A stretch of DNA of 63,854 nucleotides, the filler included, from Nemertoderma westbladi (Eukaryota; Animalia; Xenacoelomorpha), in assembly GCA_032718475.1 (NCBI GenBank). It is 3 parts of 3 records of this genome, joined end to end, with 100 filler letters (N's around TTAATTAATTAA, not from the genome) between each part and the next. Parts side by side here need not be neighbours in the genome. Positions count along the whole stretch, not along the records: positions 1 to 28,661 come from JAUCBJ010004514.1; positions 28,762 to 52,671 come from JAUCBJ010003828.1; 1 more part is not named here. One strand, given 5' to 3'. The notes under the pieces are model-generated. The model saw only the letters and a list, made by a program, of their open reading frames with translations. It was not told where the DNA came from and did no database searches. The position numbers and the translations under genes were made by a program. Shown here piece by piece: positions 23,641-35,645 of the stretch (position 1 is the first letter of the stretch; each line of letters opens with the position of its first letter).

Positions 23641-24665
23641 AAGTTTCCTAGTTCTTGTTAGGCAAAAAAGTATTATGATTCTGTGTTATCAACTTACAGG
23701 TATGGATACGGATACATGTTAACGTCACCCATGTTGGATGGTCGGGTAGAATTAGATAAGGCTAATTAATACAAATATAATTCACTTCAAATTGTGTAAA
23801 CGCTACGCCTACACAAACTCATCTAGCGTTACCTGTATCGTGTTATGGTTATGGTTGGCCCTCCTATACGCTCAATTAAGTAGGTTTAATAGCACGACGT
23901 GCAAGTAGGCAGGCCCATGTGAAGAATACCAGGCTTTCCTCAGTTATATTTCACTTTGCAGTTACCCCCATGTGAGGAATACCAGATTTTCACCAAAAAC
24001 ACAGGTCACGGAAGGGCTGAATCTAACCAAAACAATAAACGAATTAGTATAAGTACAGGTTATAAACGCTATAAAACACTTAATAAAGATAAATAAAAAA
24101 AAATAAAATCTTCATATATAAAATTCCAATAAAAAGTCGACCGAAAAGTGAAATCCTGGTATTCTTCACATGGGAGCATTCCATCGCCACCTCCATATGG
24201 TAACGCCGCAACGGTTTCTTGACGTAGCGTTTACACATATTCAAAATATATATTATGTAGAATTAATAAAATAATTATGATATTTACTGGTACTGTACTG
24301 TTTAAATATTGTGTTTCACTATTTACCCTGCTCAGGGTGTATCTATTAATATTATTAATCAATTATAATTATATAATTATGATACACAGAAAAATAATTA
24401 ATACTATAATATATAATATTCATACAATTACAATTAGAAATTTACATATTTAATTGACGGAAACATCTAACAGTTATGAATCACCTGTTAAATGTTGACT
24501 GTATCACTTCATGACAAATATTTATTTAAATGCGATAGAGAAAACTGAAAAGTAGATTTTCTACTGAATAATAGAGGGCATGGCGAGGTCGCCGTGATAG
24601 AAGGGATTGTACTTTACCCAAGAAATGAGGTTGTAAGCCAGTTGGCCAACTGAGATGGAATGCCC

Positions 24666-24959
24666 TTAGCTGATTGGTTATATTACAGTAGATGGGATGT
24701 GAGAAGGGTTGCCGTTAGCTGATTGGTTATATTACAGTAGATGGGATGTGAGAAGGGTTGCCGTTAGCTGATTGGTTATATTACAGTAGATGGGATGTGA
24801 GAAGGGTTGCCGTTAGCTGATTGGTTATATTACAGTAGATGGGATGTGAGAAGGGTTGCCGTTAGCTGATTGGTTATATTACAGTAGATGGGATGTGAGA
24901 AGGGTTGCCGTTAGCTGATTGGTTATATTACAGTAGATGGGATGTGAGAAGGGTTGCCA
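24666..24959. repeat. 49-bp minisatellite x6
   Basis: 294 bp = 6 units. Confidence 0.97.
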
Positions 24960-25055
24960 TTGTTGTTACCTGGAACTAATTAACTGCATTGCATTCATTG
25001 CATGGCAGCCATGCAGTTACTGCATACAGGGAACACTTTTTCTATATTCTATATA

Positions 25056-25331
25056 TTCTTCAGCTCAGCCGACAACTTCGCCCTCCCGAACGGAAGTATA
25101 GCGCCTACGACCGCGAACTCCTCGGTGTATACCTCGCGGTCCGCCACTTCCGTTATTTTCTCGAAGGCCGAACGTTTGTGGCCTACACGGACCATAAACC
25201 CCTAACCCAGGCCTTCTCAAAGGTCATTGACCCCTGGTCCCCCCGTCAACAGCGCCAACTGGCGTACATCTCGGAATTCACCACGAATGTACGCCACGTA
25301 GACGGGAAGGACAACCAGGTCGCGGATACAC
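25056..25331 (+). pseudogene. Ty3/Gypsy RNase H domain fragment, copy 2
   Basis: Translation identical to copy 1. Confidence 0.9.
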
Positions 25332-26356
25332 AAGTTTCCTAGTTCTTGTTAGGCAAAAAAGTATTATGATTCTGTGTTATCAACTTACAGGTATGGATAC
25401 GGATACATGTTAACGTCACCCATGTTGGATGGTCGGGTAGAATTAGATAAGGCTAATTAATACAAATATAATTCACTTCAAATTGTGTAAACGCTACGCC
25501 TACACAAACTCATCTAGCGTTACCTGTATCGTGTTATGGTTATGGTTGGCCCTCCTATACGCTCAATTAAGTAGGTTTAATAGCACGACGTGCAAGTAGG
25601 CAGGCCCATGTGAAGAATACCAGGCTTTCCTCAGTTATATTTCACTTTGCAGTTACCCCCATGTGAGGAATACCAGATTTTCACCAAAAACACAGGTCAC
25701 GGAAGGGCTGAATCTAACCAAAACAATAAACGAATTAGTATAAGTACAGGTTATAAACGCTATAAAACACTTAATAAAGATAAATAAAAAAAAATAAAAT
25801 CTTCATATATAAAATTCCAATAAAAAGTCGACCGAAAAGTGAAATCCTGGTATTCTTCACATGGGAGCATTCCATCGCCACCTCCATATGGTAACGCCGC
25901 AACGGTTTCTTGACGTAGCGTTTACACATATTCAAAATATATATTATGTAGAATTAATAAAATAATTATGATATTTACTGGTACTGTACTGTTTAAATAT
26001 TGTGTTTCACTATTTACCCTGCTCAGGGTGTATCTATTAATATTATTAATCAATTATAATTATATAATTATGATACACAGAAAAATAATTAATACTATAA
26101 TATATAATATTCATACAATTACAATTAGAAATTTACATATTTAATTGACGGAAACATCTAACAGTTATGAATCACCTGTTAAATGTTGACTGTATCACTT
26201 CATGACAAATATTTATTTAAATGCGATAGAGAAAACTGAAAAGTAGATTTTCTACTGAATAATAGAGGGCATGGCGAGGTCGCCGTGATAGAAGGGATTG
26301 TACTTTACCCAAGAAATGAGGTTGTAAGCCAGTTGGCCAACTGAGATGGAATGCCC

Positions 26357-26797
26357 TTAGCTGATTGGTTATATTACAGTAGATGGGATGTGAGAAGGGT
26401 TGCCGTTAGCTGATTGGTTATATTACAGTAGATGGAATGTGAGAAGGGTTGCCGTTAGCTGATTGGTTATATTACAGTAGATGGGATGTGAGAAGGGTTG
26501 CCGTTAGCTGATTGGTTATATTACAGTAGATGGAATGTGAGAAGGGTTGCCGTTAGCTGATTGGTTATATTACAGTAGATGGGATGTGAGAATGGTTGCC
26601 GTTAGCTGATTGGTTATATTACAGTAGATGGAATGTGAGAAGGGTTGCCGTTAGCTGATTGGTTATATTACAGTAGATGGGATGTGAGAAGGGTTGCCGT
26701 TAGCTGATTGGTTATATTACAGTAGATGGGATGTGAGAAGGGTTGCCGTTAGCTGATTGGTTATATTACAGTAGATGGGATGTGAGAAGGGTTGCCA
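26357..26797. repeat. 49-bp minisatellite x9
   Basis: 441 bp = 9 units. Confidence 0.97.
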
Positions 26798-26893
26798 TTG
26801 TTGTTACCTGGAACTAATTAACTGCATTGCATTCATTGCATGGCAGCCATGCAGTTACTGCATACAGGGAACACTTTTTCTATATTCTATATA

Positions 26894-27169
26894 TTCTTCA
26901 GCTCAGCCGACAACTTCGCCCTCCCGAACGGAAGTATAGCGCCTACGACCGCGAACTCCTCGGTGTATACCTCGCGGTCCGCCACTTCCGTTATTTTCTC
27001 GAAGGCCGAACGTTTGTGGCCTACACGGACCATAAACCCCTAACTCAGGCCTTCTCAAAGGTCACTGACCCCTGGTCCCCCCGTCAACAGCGCCACCTGG
27101 CGTACATCTCGGAATTCACCACGAATGTACGCCACGTAGACGGAAAGGACAACCAGGTCGCGGATACAC
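26894..27169 (+). pseudogene. Ty3/Gypsy RNase H domain fragment, copy 3
   Basis: Two amino-acid differences from copy 1 (VTDPW, RQQRHL). Confidence 0.9.
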
Positions 27170-28194
27170 AAGTTTCCTAGTTCTTGTTAGGCAAAAAAGT
27201 ATTATGATTCTGTGTTATCAACTTACAGGTATGGATACGGATACATGTTAACGTCACCCATGTTGGATGGTCGGGTAGAATTAGATAAGGCTATTAATAC
27301 AAATATAATTCACTTCAAATTGTGTAAACGCTACGCCTACACAAACTCCTCTAGCGTTACCTGTATGGTGTTATGGTTGTGGTTGGCCCTCCCTATACGC
27401 TCAATTAAGTAGGTTTAATAGCACGACGTGCAAGTAGGCAGGCCCATGTGAAGAATACCAGGCTTTCCTCAGTTATATTTCACTTTGCAGTTACCCCCAT
27501 GTGAGGAATACCAGATTTTCACCAAAAACACAGGTTACAGAAGGGCTGAATCTAACCAAAACAATAAACGAATTAGTATATGTACAGGTTATAAGCGCTA
27601 TAAAACACTTAATAAAGATAAATTAAAAAAAAATAAAATCTTCATATATAAAATTCCAATAAAAAGTCGACCGAAAAGTGAAATCCTGGTATTCTTCACA
27701 TGGGAGCATTCCATCGCCACCTCCATATGGTAACGCCGCAACGGTTTCTTGACGTAGCGTTTACACATATTCAAATATATATTATGTAGAATTAATCAAA
27801 TAATTATGATATTTACTGGTACTGTACTGTTTAAATATTGTGTTTCACTATTTACCCTGCTCAGGGTGTATCTATTAATATTATTAATCAATTATAATTA
27901 TATAATTATGATACACAGAAAAATAATTAATACTATAATATATAATATTCATACAATTACAATTAGAAATTTACATATTTAATTGACGGAAACATCTAAC
28001 AGTTATGAATCACCTGTTAAATGTTGACTGTATCACTTCATGACAAATATTTATTTAAATGCGATAGAGAAAACTGAAAAGTAGATTTTCTACTGAATAA
28101 TAGAGGGCATGGCGAGGTCGCCGTGATAGAAGGGATTGTACTTTACCCAAGAAATGAGGTTGTAAGCCAGTTGGCCAACTGAGATGGAATGCCC

Positions 28195-28537
28195 TTAGCT
28201 GATTGGTTATATTACAGTAGATGGGATGTGAGAAGGGTTGCCGTTAGCTGATTGGTTATATTACAGTAGATGGGATGTGAGAAGGGTTGCCGTTAGCTGA
28301 TTGGTTATATTACAGTAGATGGGATGTGAGAAGGGTTGCCGTTAGCTGATTGGTTATATTACAGTAGATGGGATGTGAGAAGGGTTGCCGTTAGCTGATT
28401 GGTTATATTACAGTAGATGGAATGTGAGAAGGGTTGCCGTTAGCTGATTGGTTATATTACAGTAGATGGGATGTGAGAAGGGTTGCCGTTAGCTGATTGG
28501 TTATATTACAGTAGATGGGATGAGAGAAGGGTTGCCG
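28195..28537. repeat. 49-bp minisatellite x7
   Basis: 343 bp = 7 units; followed by the start of a 4th RNase H copy cut by the gap. Confidence 0.97.
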
Positions 28538-28661
28538 TTGTTGTTACCTGGAACTAATTAACTGCATTGCATTCATTGCATGGCAGCCATGCAGTTACTG
28601 CATACAGGGAACACTTTTTCTATATTCTATATATTCTTCAGCTCAGCCGACAACTTCGCCC

Positions 28662-28761
28662 NNNNNNNNNNNNNNNNNNNNNNNNNNNNNNNNNNNNNNN
28701 NNNNNTTAATTAATTAANNNNNNNNNNNNNNNNNNNNNNNNNNNNNNNNNNNNNNNNNNNN
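28662..28761. other. Assembly gap (100-bp N spacer with TTAATTAATTAA linker)
   Basis: N run with a central all-frame-stop linker, same layout as the second gap. Confidence 0.98.
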
Positions 28762-29220
28762 CTGCAATAATTCTGTCGTTTGTATAAGAATATATAATAT
28801 AAGTAAGTATTATATTATAGTATTATATAAATAAGAAATTTAACCAAACCGCCTATAAGAATAAATCAAAGAAGAGAGGAAAGTTCCCCCCTTGCTTCAA
28901 CCGCCCTCTTAATCTGCACCACCCCAACCGCTAAGGACCACAGAGGATTAATGAAAGGCAGGGGTATTAACAGGAAATTCGTGTTTTAAAAGAAATATAT
29001 TTTTATGTGCGGAGGCAACCCAATTTGTAAAAATTATTAAAACTTACCTTATGCCGATAGTATTGATACTGAAATATTAATTTATCATGTCAATGCCTCA
29101 ACGAAATCATTTTAGCCCATTATCTAAAGAATCACCATTAAATTAAGCCAATCATTGTGCAAGATAGTGCACCTTCAGACTCAGTCTGTTCTAACTAACA
29201 CTTTGCAGATATGGACCTGA

Positions 29221-29810
29221 TCATAGGCTGCATGTTTGAGAGGACACATACCATTCTGCAGTACTCCAGTCTACCGCTAGGATGCGAAATATCAGAGAGT
29301 GAAAACCTTCACCCATTTCGTTATTTATAATGCTTTTTAGCGGATACTTATAAATTGTCAGGTGTCTACTAAAGCATAAGCTGCGTGTTTGGGGAGGGCG
29401 CTGACCTGTGTGCAGTTCTCCAGTCTGTGGATAGGGGGCGAATTGTCTGAAAGATAAAACCTTCACCCATTTCGTTATTTATAATGCTTTTTAGCGGATA
29501 CTTATAAATTGTCAGGTGTCTACTAAAGCATAGGCTGCGTGTTTGGGGAGGGCGCTGACCTGTGTGCAGTTCTCCAGTCTGTGGATAGGGGGCGAATTGT
29601 CTGAAAGATAAAACCTCATCCCATTTCGTTATTTATAATGCTTTTTAGCGGATACTTATAAATTGTCAGGTGTCTACTAAAGCATAGGCTGCGTGTTTGG
29701 GGAGGGCGCTGACCTGTGTGCAGTTCTCCAGTCTGTGGATAGGGGGCGAATTGTCTGAAAGATAAAACCTCATCCCATTTCGTTATTTGTAATGCTTCTT
29801 AGCAGATACT
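29221..29810. repeat. 154-bp satellite, ~3.5-4 copies
   Basis: CCCATTTCGTTATTT recurs at 29312, 29466, 29620, 29774. Confidence 0.93.
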
Positions 29811-30284
29811 TGGCAGAGGTCTACTTTTGAAGTATCAAAAGTCTGAAATGAAATCCTTGTCCCATTTAGTTGTCTATAACCCTTTTGGATTTGCTTTGGC
29901 AGGTAGGGGGGCCTATCTATTACACAGTATAAGCCTTATTTTGTAGAAGCCCGCCAAGTAAAGCTGCTTTTGTTTGAGAGAACACTGAGTCGTGTGACAT
30001 ATTTTTAAGTTACAGTAATTTATTTATTTATTTATGTTAGAATTGTTGAATAAGTTTTTGTACTAGAAAGCTGTGGCCAACCTTAAATATTGTGCTAAAT
30101 GTTGTTACGAAATAATTCTAATTTATTTCCTGGTGTTTATCTATATCTCTCTAAATTGTAATCTTTTACCAATTTTTAGTTCTACGAAACTTCTACTATT
30201 CTACGAGACTTCTACTATTCTACGAGACTTCTAGTATTCACTTAGTTTGTTGATGATTTCCACTTTGCGTTTTCACTCGCACTT

Positions 30285-31539
30285 GGGCAATTCCACGGTG
30301 TCGGACGTTACGGACATTCTCGATTTTTGAATGTTTTTCTTTAAATTTACGAAAATACTTGAATTTTTGACATCAGATTGCGTTGAATAAATGAGACAAT
30401 TTATTAATCTTTCAGAATATCGCAAATACTCTGCATTGGGAAACGTTATTCTTCTTAAACAGTTGACTTTTAAAAAGGTGTCAGACGTTACAAAAATAGG
30501 ACACTTTTTATTGTACATATTTTACTTTTGATTGCAATTAATGCCGAAGACTGGTATGTTACAATTTTTGGGCTCAAAATGTAGCTCAACTATTCTATTT
30601 TTCGAAAAGGTTTTCTAAATTGCACTACAGATCTTTTGAAGCCGACATTTGCAATTCAAAGTTGTGCGGAATGGTGTCGGACGTCACGTGTTGGACGTTA
30701 CATAAAAATGAGCAATATTTAGCAACCTCTGTCGGCTTTATTTTTCGTCTTTGGAATATACTCTTCTGTAGATATCATTAGAACCGCCTTCATCTGCAGA
30801 TTCCGAATCTGAAAACCATTTTAAATTTCACCAACAATTGCCAAATATATCATCAAAATACTAAGGGGTGAATTTTGAGTCGAAAATCGCAATTATTGAA
30901 ACCTATTTTTATTTATTTATGCATTTTACACTACACACTGCAATTTAGACTTTAAATACATTAAATAATAATAGTGTCGGACGTTACAATGTGTCGGACT
31001 TTACAAACTTCATTCACTGAAATCACAGCCTTTATGGTAGCCTGGATTGCTGTAAATGGCACAAGAGACGCCATCTTACGTCGGCATTGAGTAATTTTAA
31101 TTTCGATTTGGTTTGCCATACAATAGAAAAGTAATTGAGAAAAAATGTAAAAAAAAGTGTCGGACGTTACAATTGGGTACAGGTAGCTTTCAATGCTTAT
31201 TGTACGAGAAGCGTTCGATGTTTATGACGTAGAACTACCTCATTGGAATGTGCATTTACGGCTGATTACAATGATACCAAGGATAGCCTATATTGATACA
31301 CAGTAAAAAAAATATTTCGCCTTGAATTTTGGTATTTTTTTCGTTTTTACATGTTTTACGTTTTTTCTTGATGATGGTCGATATAATCGCAAAATTTCCT
31401 ATTTTACACCCTGAAATCAATGTAAATTTTGTCAAATTCGAAAAATTTATGAAATTTTACCAAATAAATCATGACATATTGCTTATTTTTTAAAGTTTTA
31501 TTTTTTTCATATCGTGTCCCATTTTCTGTGGAAATGCCC
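30285..31539. mobile_element. Non-autonomous DNA transposon, Sola-like (GGG termini, 4-bp TSD)
   Basis: TIR GGGCAATTCCAC / GTGGAAATGCCC (11/12 match). ACTT duplicated on both sides (30281-30284, 31540-31543). Internal repeated motif GTGTCGGACGTTAC. Confidence 0.75.
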
Positions 31540-31543
31540 ACTT

Positions 31544-31985
31544 GTTAAATAAAGCGTTGTAGTTGGAATTCGAGATACCGGGTTCTATCCCGAATTCGAA
31601 ATGCCGGGTTCAATCCCTCATTAAGATGTTATTTATTTAAATTTATATAAAATGTCATAGTAGATTCCCAATATCATATTCTTCTAAAATCGTTGATTTG
31701 TTTAAGATATAAAAATTTATGTTTTTTAATTAATTGAAATGCAAATGATATACGCACTTGCGGATAAATTTTTGATGACTTTCTGTTCTTCTGTCTGCCG
31801 CTAGAGGGCTCTAAATGTCTCTAAATGCCAGCGCATTATTTAGTCGTCTACGTTTGGCTTAATGATTGGAATAATTAGTTTAATTGAAAATACCATTAGT
31901 ACCATTCAATGGTAGTAAACCATTCTAGGAGTAGAGAGTTCATGCGTTATTAGAAGCAGACATTGGAGATATTTCCCGCTTGTTC
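31544..31985 (+). mobile_element. Degenerate, interrupted tRNA-derived SINE
   Basis: AGCGTTG...GGAATTCGAGATACCGGGTTCTATCCC (B-box-like), and a body (GGTAGTAAACCATT...GCGTTATTAGA...CGCTTGTT) resembling 56813-56970. Confidence 0.45.
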
Positions 31986-32047
31986 CATCTATAACTCTCT
32001 TTATTGATATTTTACCCATTTTTACATTCATTTCATATATATTATAG

Positions 32048-32199
32048 ACGCAACTTCTTTATCAGTAAATCGTATACTGGTTGCAGCAGTGATTGCGGAT
32101 GGATGGTTGTGACAGGATGCCGAGATACACCATGTCTTTGGGATCATGGGGAAGGTTGTCCATCATTCCAGACAGCGCGCAATCAGGCTGGGAATTGGA
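32048..32199 (+). CDS. Penultimate exon of an uncharacterised Cys/Trp-rich domain gene
   Basis: tattatAG| ... |GTGAGT; 152 nt, phase 2 to 1. Encodes RNFFISKSYTGCSSDCGWMVVTGCRDTPCLWDHGEGCPSFQTARNQAGNW. Confidence 0.75.
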
Positions 32200-32258
32200 G
32201 TGAGTATTAGTGCAATCAATTATGTGTACAATATTGGGTCAGTTCAAGCCAAAATAGT

Positions 32259-33140
32259 TGGTAACTAAATAGCAGTTAACAATGGTAATGTATCATTAAT
32301 TGGTAACTAAATAGCAGTTAACAACGGTAATGTATGATTAATTGGTAACTAAATAGCAGTTAACAACGGTAATGTATGATTAATTGGTAACTAAATAGCA
32401 GTTAACAACGGTAATGTATGATTAATTGGTAACTAAATAGCAGTTAACAACGGTAATGTATGATTAATTGGTAACTAAATAGCAGTTAACAACGGTAATG
32501 TATGATTAATTGGTAACTAAATAGCAGTTAACAACGGTAATGTATGATTAATTGGTAACTAAATAGCAGTTAACAAAGGTAATGTATGATTAAGTGGTAA
32601 CTAAATAGCAGTTAACAAAGGTAATGTATGATTAAGTGGTAACTAAATAGCAGTTAACAAAGGTAATGTATGATTAAGTGGTAACTAAATAGCAGTTAAC
32701 AATGGTAATGTATGATTAATTGGTAACTAAATAGCAGTTAACAAAGGTAATGTATGATTAAGTGGTAACTAAATAGCAGTTAACAATGGTAATGTATGAT
32801 TAATTAGTAACTAAATAGCAGTTAACAATGGTAATGTATGATTAATTGGTAACTAAATAGCAGTTAACAAAGGTAATGTATGATTAAGTGGTAACTAAAT
32901 AGCAGTTAACAAAGGTAATGTATGATTAAGTGGTAACTAAATAGCAGTTAACAACGGTAATGTATGATTAATTGGTAACTAAATAGCACTCAACAATGGT
33001 AATGTATGATTAATTGGTAACTAAATAGCAGTTAACAACGGTAATGTATGATTAAGTGGTAACTAAATAGCAGTTAACAACGGTAATGTATGATTAAGTG
33101 GTAACTAAATAGCAGTTAACAACGGTAATGTTTGATTAAG
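32259..33140. repeat. 42-bp intronic minisatellite, ~21 copies
   Basis: TGGTAACTAAATAGCAGTTAACAACGGTAATGTATGATTAAT in tandem. Confidence 0.97.
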
Positions 33141-33578
33141 TTTACTAGAGTATTACAAACAAGTGCCAATTTACGAAATTACTTTTATTCGAAAATTGTA
33201 GTGTTTAATTAAGAGAAAAGTTTTCTGCTTAATAAAAACTTTCCATACTGTATCCTATGGAATATACACTGGATTTTCAACCTTGGTATAAAATATTTAC
33301 ATCCACTGTAGAAAGTACCCCGCTTTTTAAAAAGCTACTCTAAAAGTCACAGAAATCCACAGTATTTCCAATTTCGAATAGAAACTATAAACGTTTTGTA
33401 CCTTTCAAGTAGTTGAATATTAAATTAACCCATCACAGCCCAAGCATCAATAAACATATGGCACCTCTTCATAATCAATATATAATAATTCATGGTATAT
33501 CATTTTGGTTTAAATTAGCTCGTTATTTTTCACCACATTTAATATATTTATTCAGCAATTAATGTTTATTGTTTATAG

Positions 33579-33628
33579 GAACCGGTGATATCGCCAACGC
33601 CAATATCTTTGCGATTTACTTTGCCTAA
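33579..33628 (+). CDS. Terminal coding exon of the same gene
   Basis: ttgtttatAG|GA ACC GGT GAT...; phase 1 joins the previous exon in frame: (R)TGDIANANIFAIYFA*. Confidence 0.7.
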
Positions 33629-33748
33629 ACCAAACGATGCTATATTGTATTATATTACACCCCATTGTGATTGGTCATGGGGTTTCGTATTTGTGCTTTA
33701 ACTGTATGTACATCAGTATATAATTACACTGTTCTTATGGTGTATGTT

Positions 33749-34809
33749 TTAGTTTAGTTATTTAAGATTTACCTTGTTGTATTATTGTAGCAGCCTGCTG
33801 GTGTTTATTATATGCAGATGATTTAGTTATAGTAGGAACAAGCATATCCGATATTCAACAAAGCTTAGATAAATTATATTTATATTGTTTACAAAATGAT
33901 TTAAAGGTAAATATTGATAAGACTAAAGTAGTCAAATTTAGAAGAGGCGGTAAACTCTGTCGTAACGATATTTTGTTATATAATGGTGTACATTTAACAT
34001 TTCAAAACAAGTTTGAATATCTAGGTGTAGTCTTTTCCACTAAAAATGGTGCTTCTAATCATTATGTACATCTATACAGAAAAGGTTTAGCATGTTGTGT
34101 ACGTTTAAATGTAAAGATATGCTTATCTAGCGTTACTATAGAAACTGCTAAATTACTATGGTTATCAATTGTAATACCAACAATAACTTATGGGTGTAAC
34201 ATCTTTGATAGTAATATTGAAGTAAGTGATTTAGTACATGTTCAAAAAGTGAGAGGTTTTTACTGGAAACAATGGTGTGGTATATCAAAGTACGCATCAA
34301 CATCGGCTATTCTAACTAAAATAGATAACCCGCACTCCGACCCAACGGATATCAACCTGGAAGGTCTGTTTGGAGTACGAAGGAGGGTCGCAGCCCAACT
34401 GGTAGCCAACGGTTACCATCACAAGTTCTGCTCGACAAGAAATTGCTGGAGATCGAGCCCACTATGTGTTTGCAATTGGTGTGATAACTCGTGTTCGGAA
34501 ACCCACCATTACAAGACATGTCCCAAACTGCCGAAACTAAGTACACCGCTGAGACAAGCCTTTTACCTCTCAAAATTATAATTATAATAAATTATTTAAT
34601 TTTAAATTGCTTTTATCCCGCTTGTATCCCATGTAGTAAATAAACTTAAACTTATCAACTTAACTTAACTAACACTTTTATGAAATTGATTTATATATAT
34701 GCAATGTTTCATGAGTTTCCTGGTTTTACTTATTTTTATCTATTGGTGTTTTTACCGATTTATTATAATTAGAATAAATATATGCCCCTATGGGGCGCTT
34801 GCTTCTTCT
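33749..34809 (+). mobile_element. 5'-truncated non-LTR retrotransposon (family A; RT YADD to C-terminal Cys/His domain) within a 17-bp TSD
   Basis: Open frame from ~33785 (LLYADDLVIVG...KTKVVKFRRGGKL) through ORF 33973-34581. (AACTT)n-like tail at ~34640-34672. TTCTTATGGTGTATGTT at 33732-33748 and 34810-34826. Confidence 0.85.
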
Positions 34810-35179
34810 TTCTTATGGTGTATGTTAATATTTTATTGCTTGAATTCTCAGGTAAAACACTGATATAATATATTTTTGATGGGATTTCTATAAGAGGTTC
34901 TTATTTTGTGTTATTTTGGTTAAAATAACGTGCCACTGTAACCTGCTCCTTTCCCTAAATTGAGAATTTAACATTGAGGCGGGATATTAATTTGCCAAGA
35001 TGTGATTTGCGTCCAGTCCCCCCCCCCCCCCCCCCCCCCCCCCACCTGTCTCTACAAATAGATAGTAGATTGCTAACAAATTCACTCTGTCAGTATCAAT
35101 ACATTATGCCATCAATCGTACGTATTGGTACCGTCTGTGACATTTGTTTGGGGAGCAGATTAAAAGGGTTGAAGGGAAG

Positions 35180-35316
35180 GGAATGTCCCACTTTCTTTGA
35201 TTGATTGGCGGAAAATTTCTTAATTAAACACCGATTTTGTGATAGAATCGTTAAATTTTAATTTAGATCTCATAACTCATAACTTAACCTCGTGCTGCTC
35301 GAAGCCTGCACGAACA
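35180..35316 (-). repeat. Dispersed inverted copy of the head of the 1.29-kb array unit
   Basis: Reverse complement of GTTCGTG...CTTCG.GCAGCACGAGG...TTATGAGAT...ATCACAAAATC...CCAATCAATC.AAGAAAG.GGGACA. Confidence 0.75.
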
Positions 35317-35645
35317 TATCTTATTGGTTTAACCAGATTTAACCATATTATTTATGCTGCTGATTCAATTTCAATTTCTGTTCAGTACTACAACATGCTC
35401 ACATAGAGCCATTATTGTTAAATATTGCATAAAGTAAATCTAAATATGTATATGAATAAAATACTAGAGAATGAATTATTTAATTATCATCCAAACATTC
35501 GGATAAATAAGATGAAATATGCATGTTGAATATACTGTTGGTAGCGCACAAACTAGGTAGGTTGTTAAGAGGTGGTTTACTAAATTATTAAAATAAATAA
35601 AGTTATTAAAATTATTATTATTATTGCATATTATTATTAAAAGAA

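Larger units (their letters stand above)
21812..28661 (+). repeat. 1.69-1.84-kb composite tandem array (~3.8 units, runs into gap): MITE + AT-rich spacer + 49-bp minisatellite + Gypsy RNase H fragment
   Basis: Near-identical RNase H ORFs at 23298, 24989, 26827 (spacing 1691, 1838; difference 147 = 3 x 49 bp); unit marker TTCCTAGTTCTTGTTAGGC. Confidence 0.95.

Noticed and set aside
28706-28717. TTAATTAATTAA palindrome inside N runs (also 52716-52727)
   Set aside because: Artificial scaffold linker with stops in all frames.
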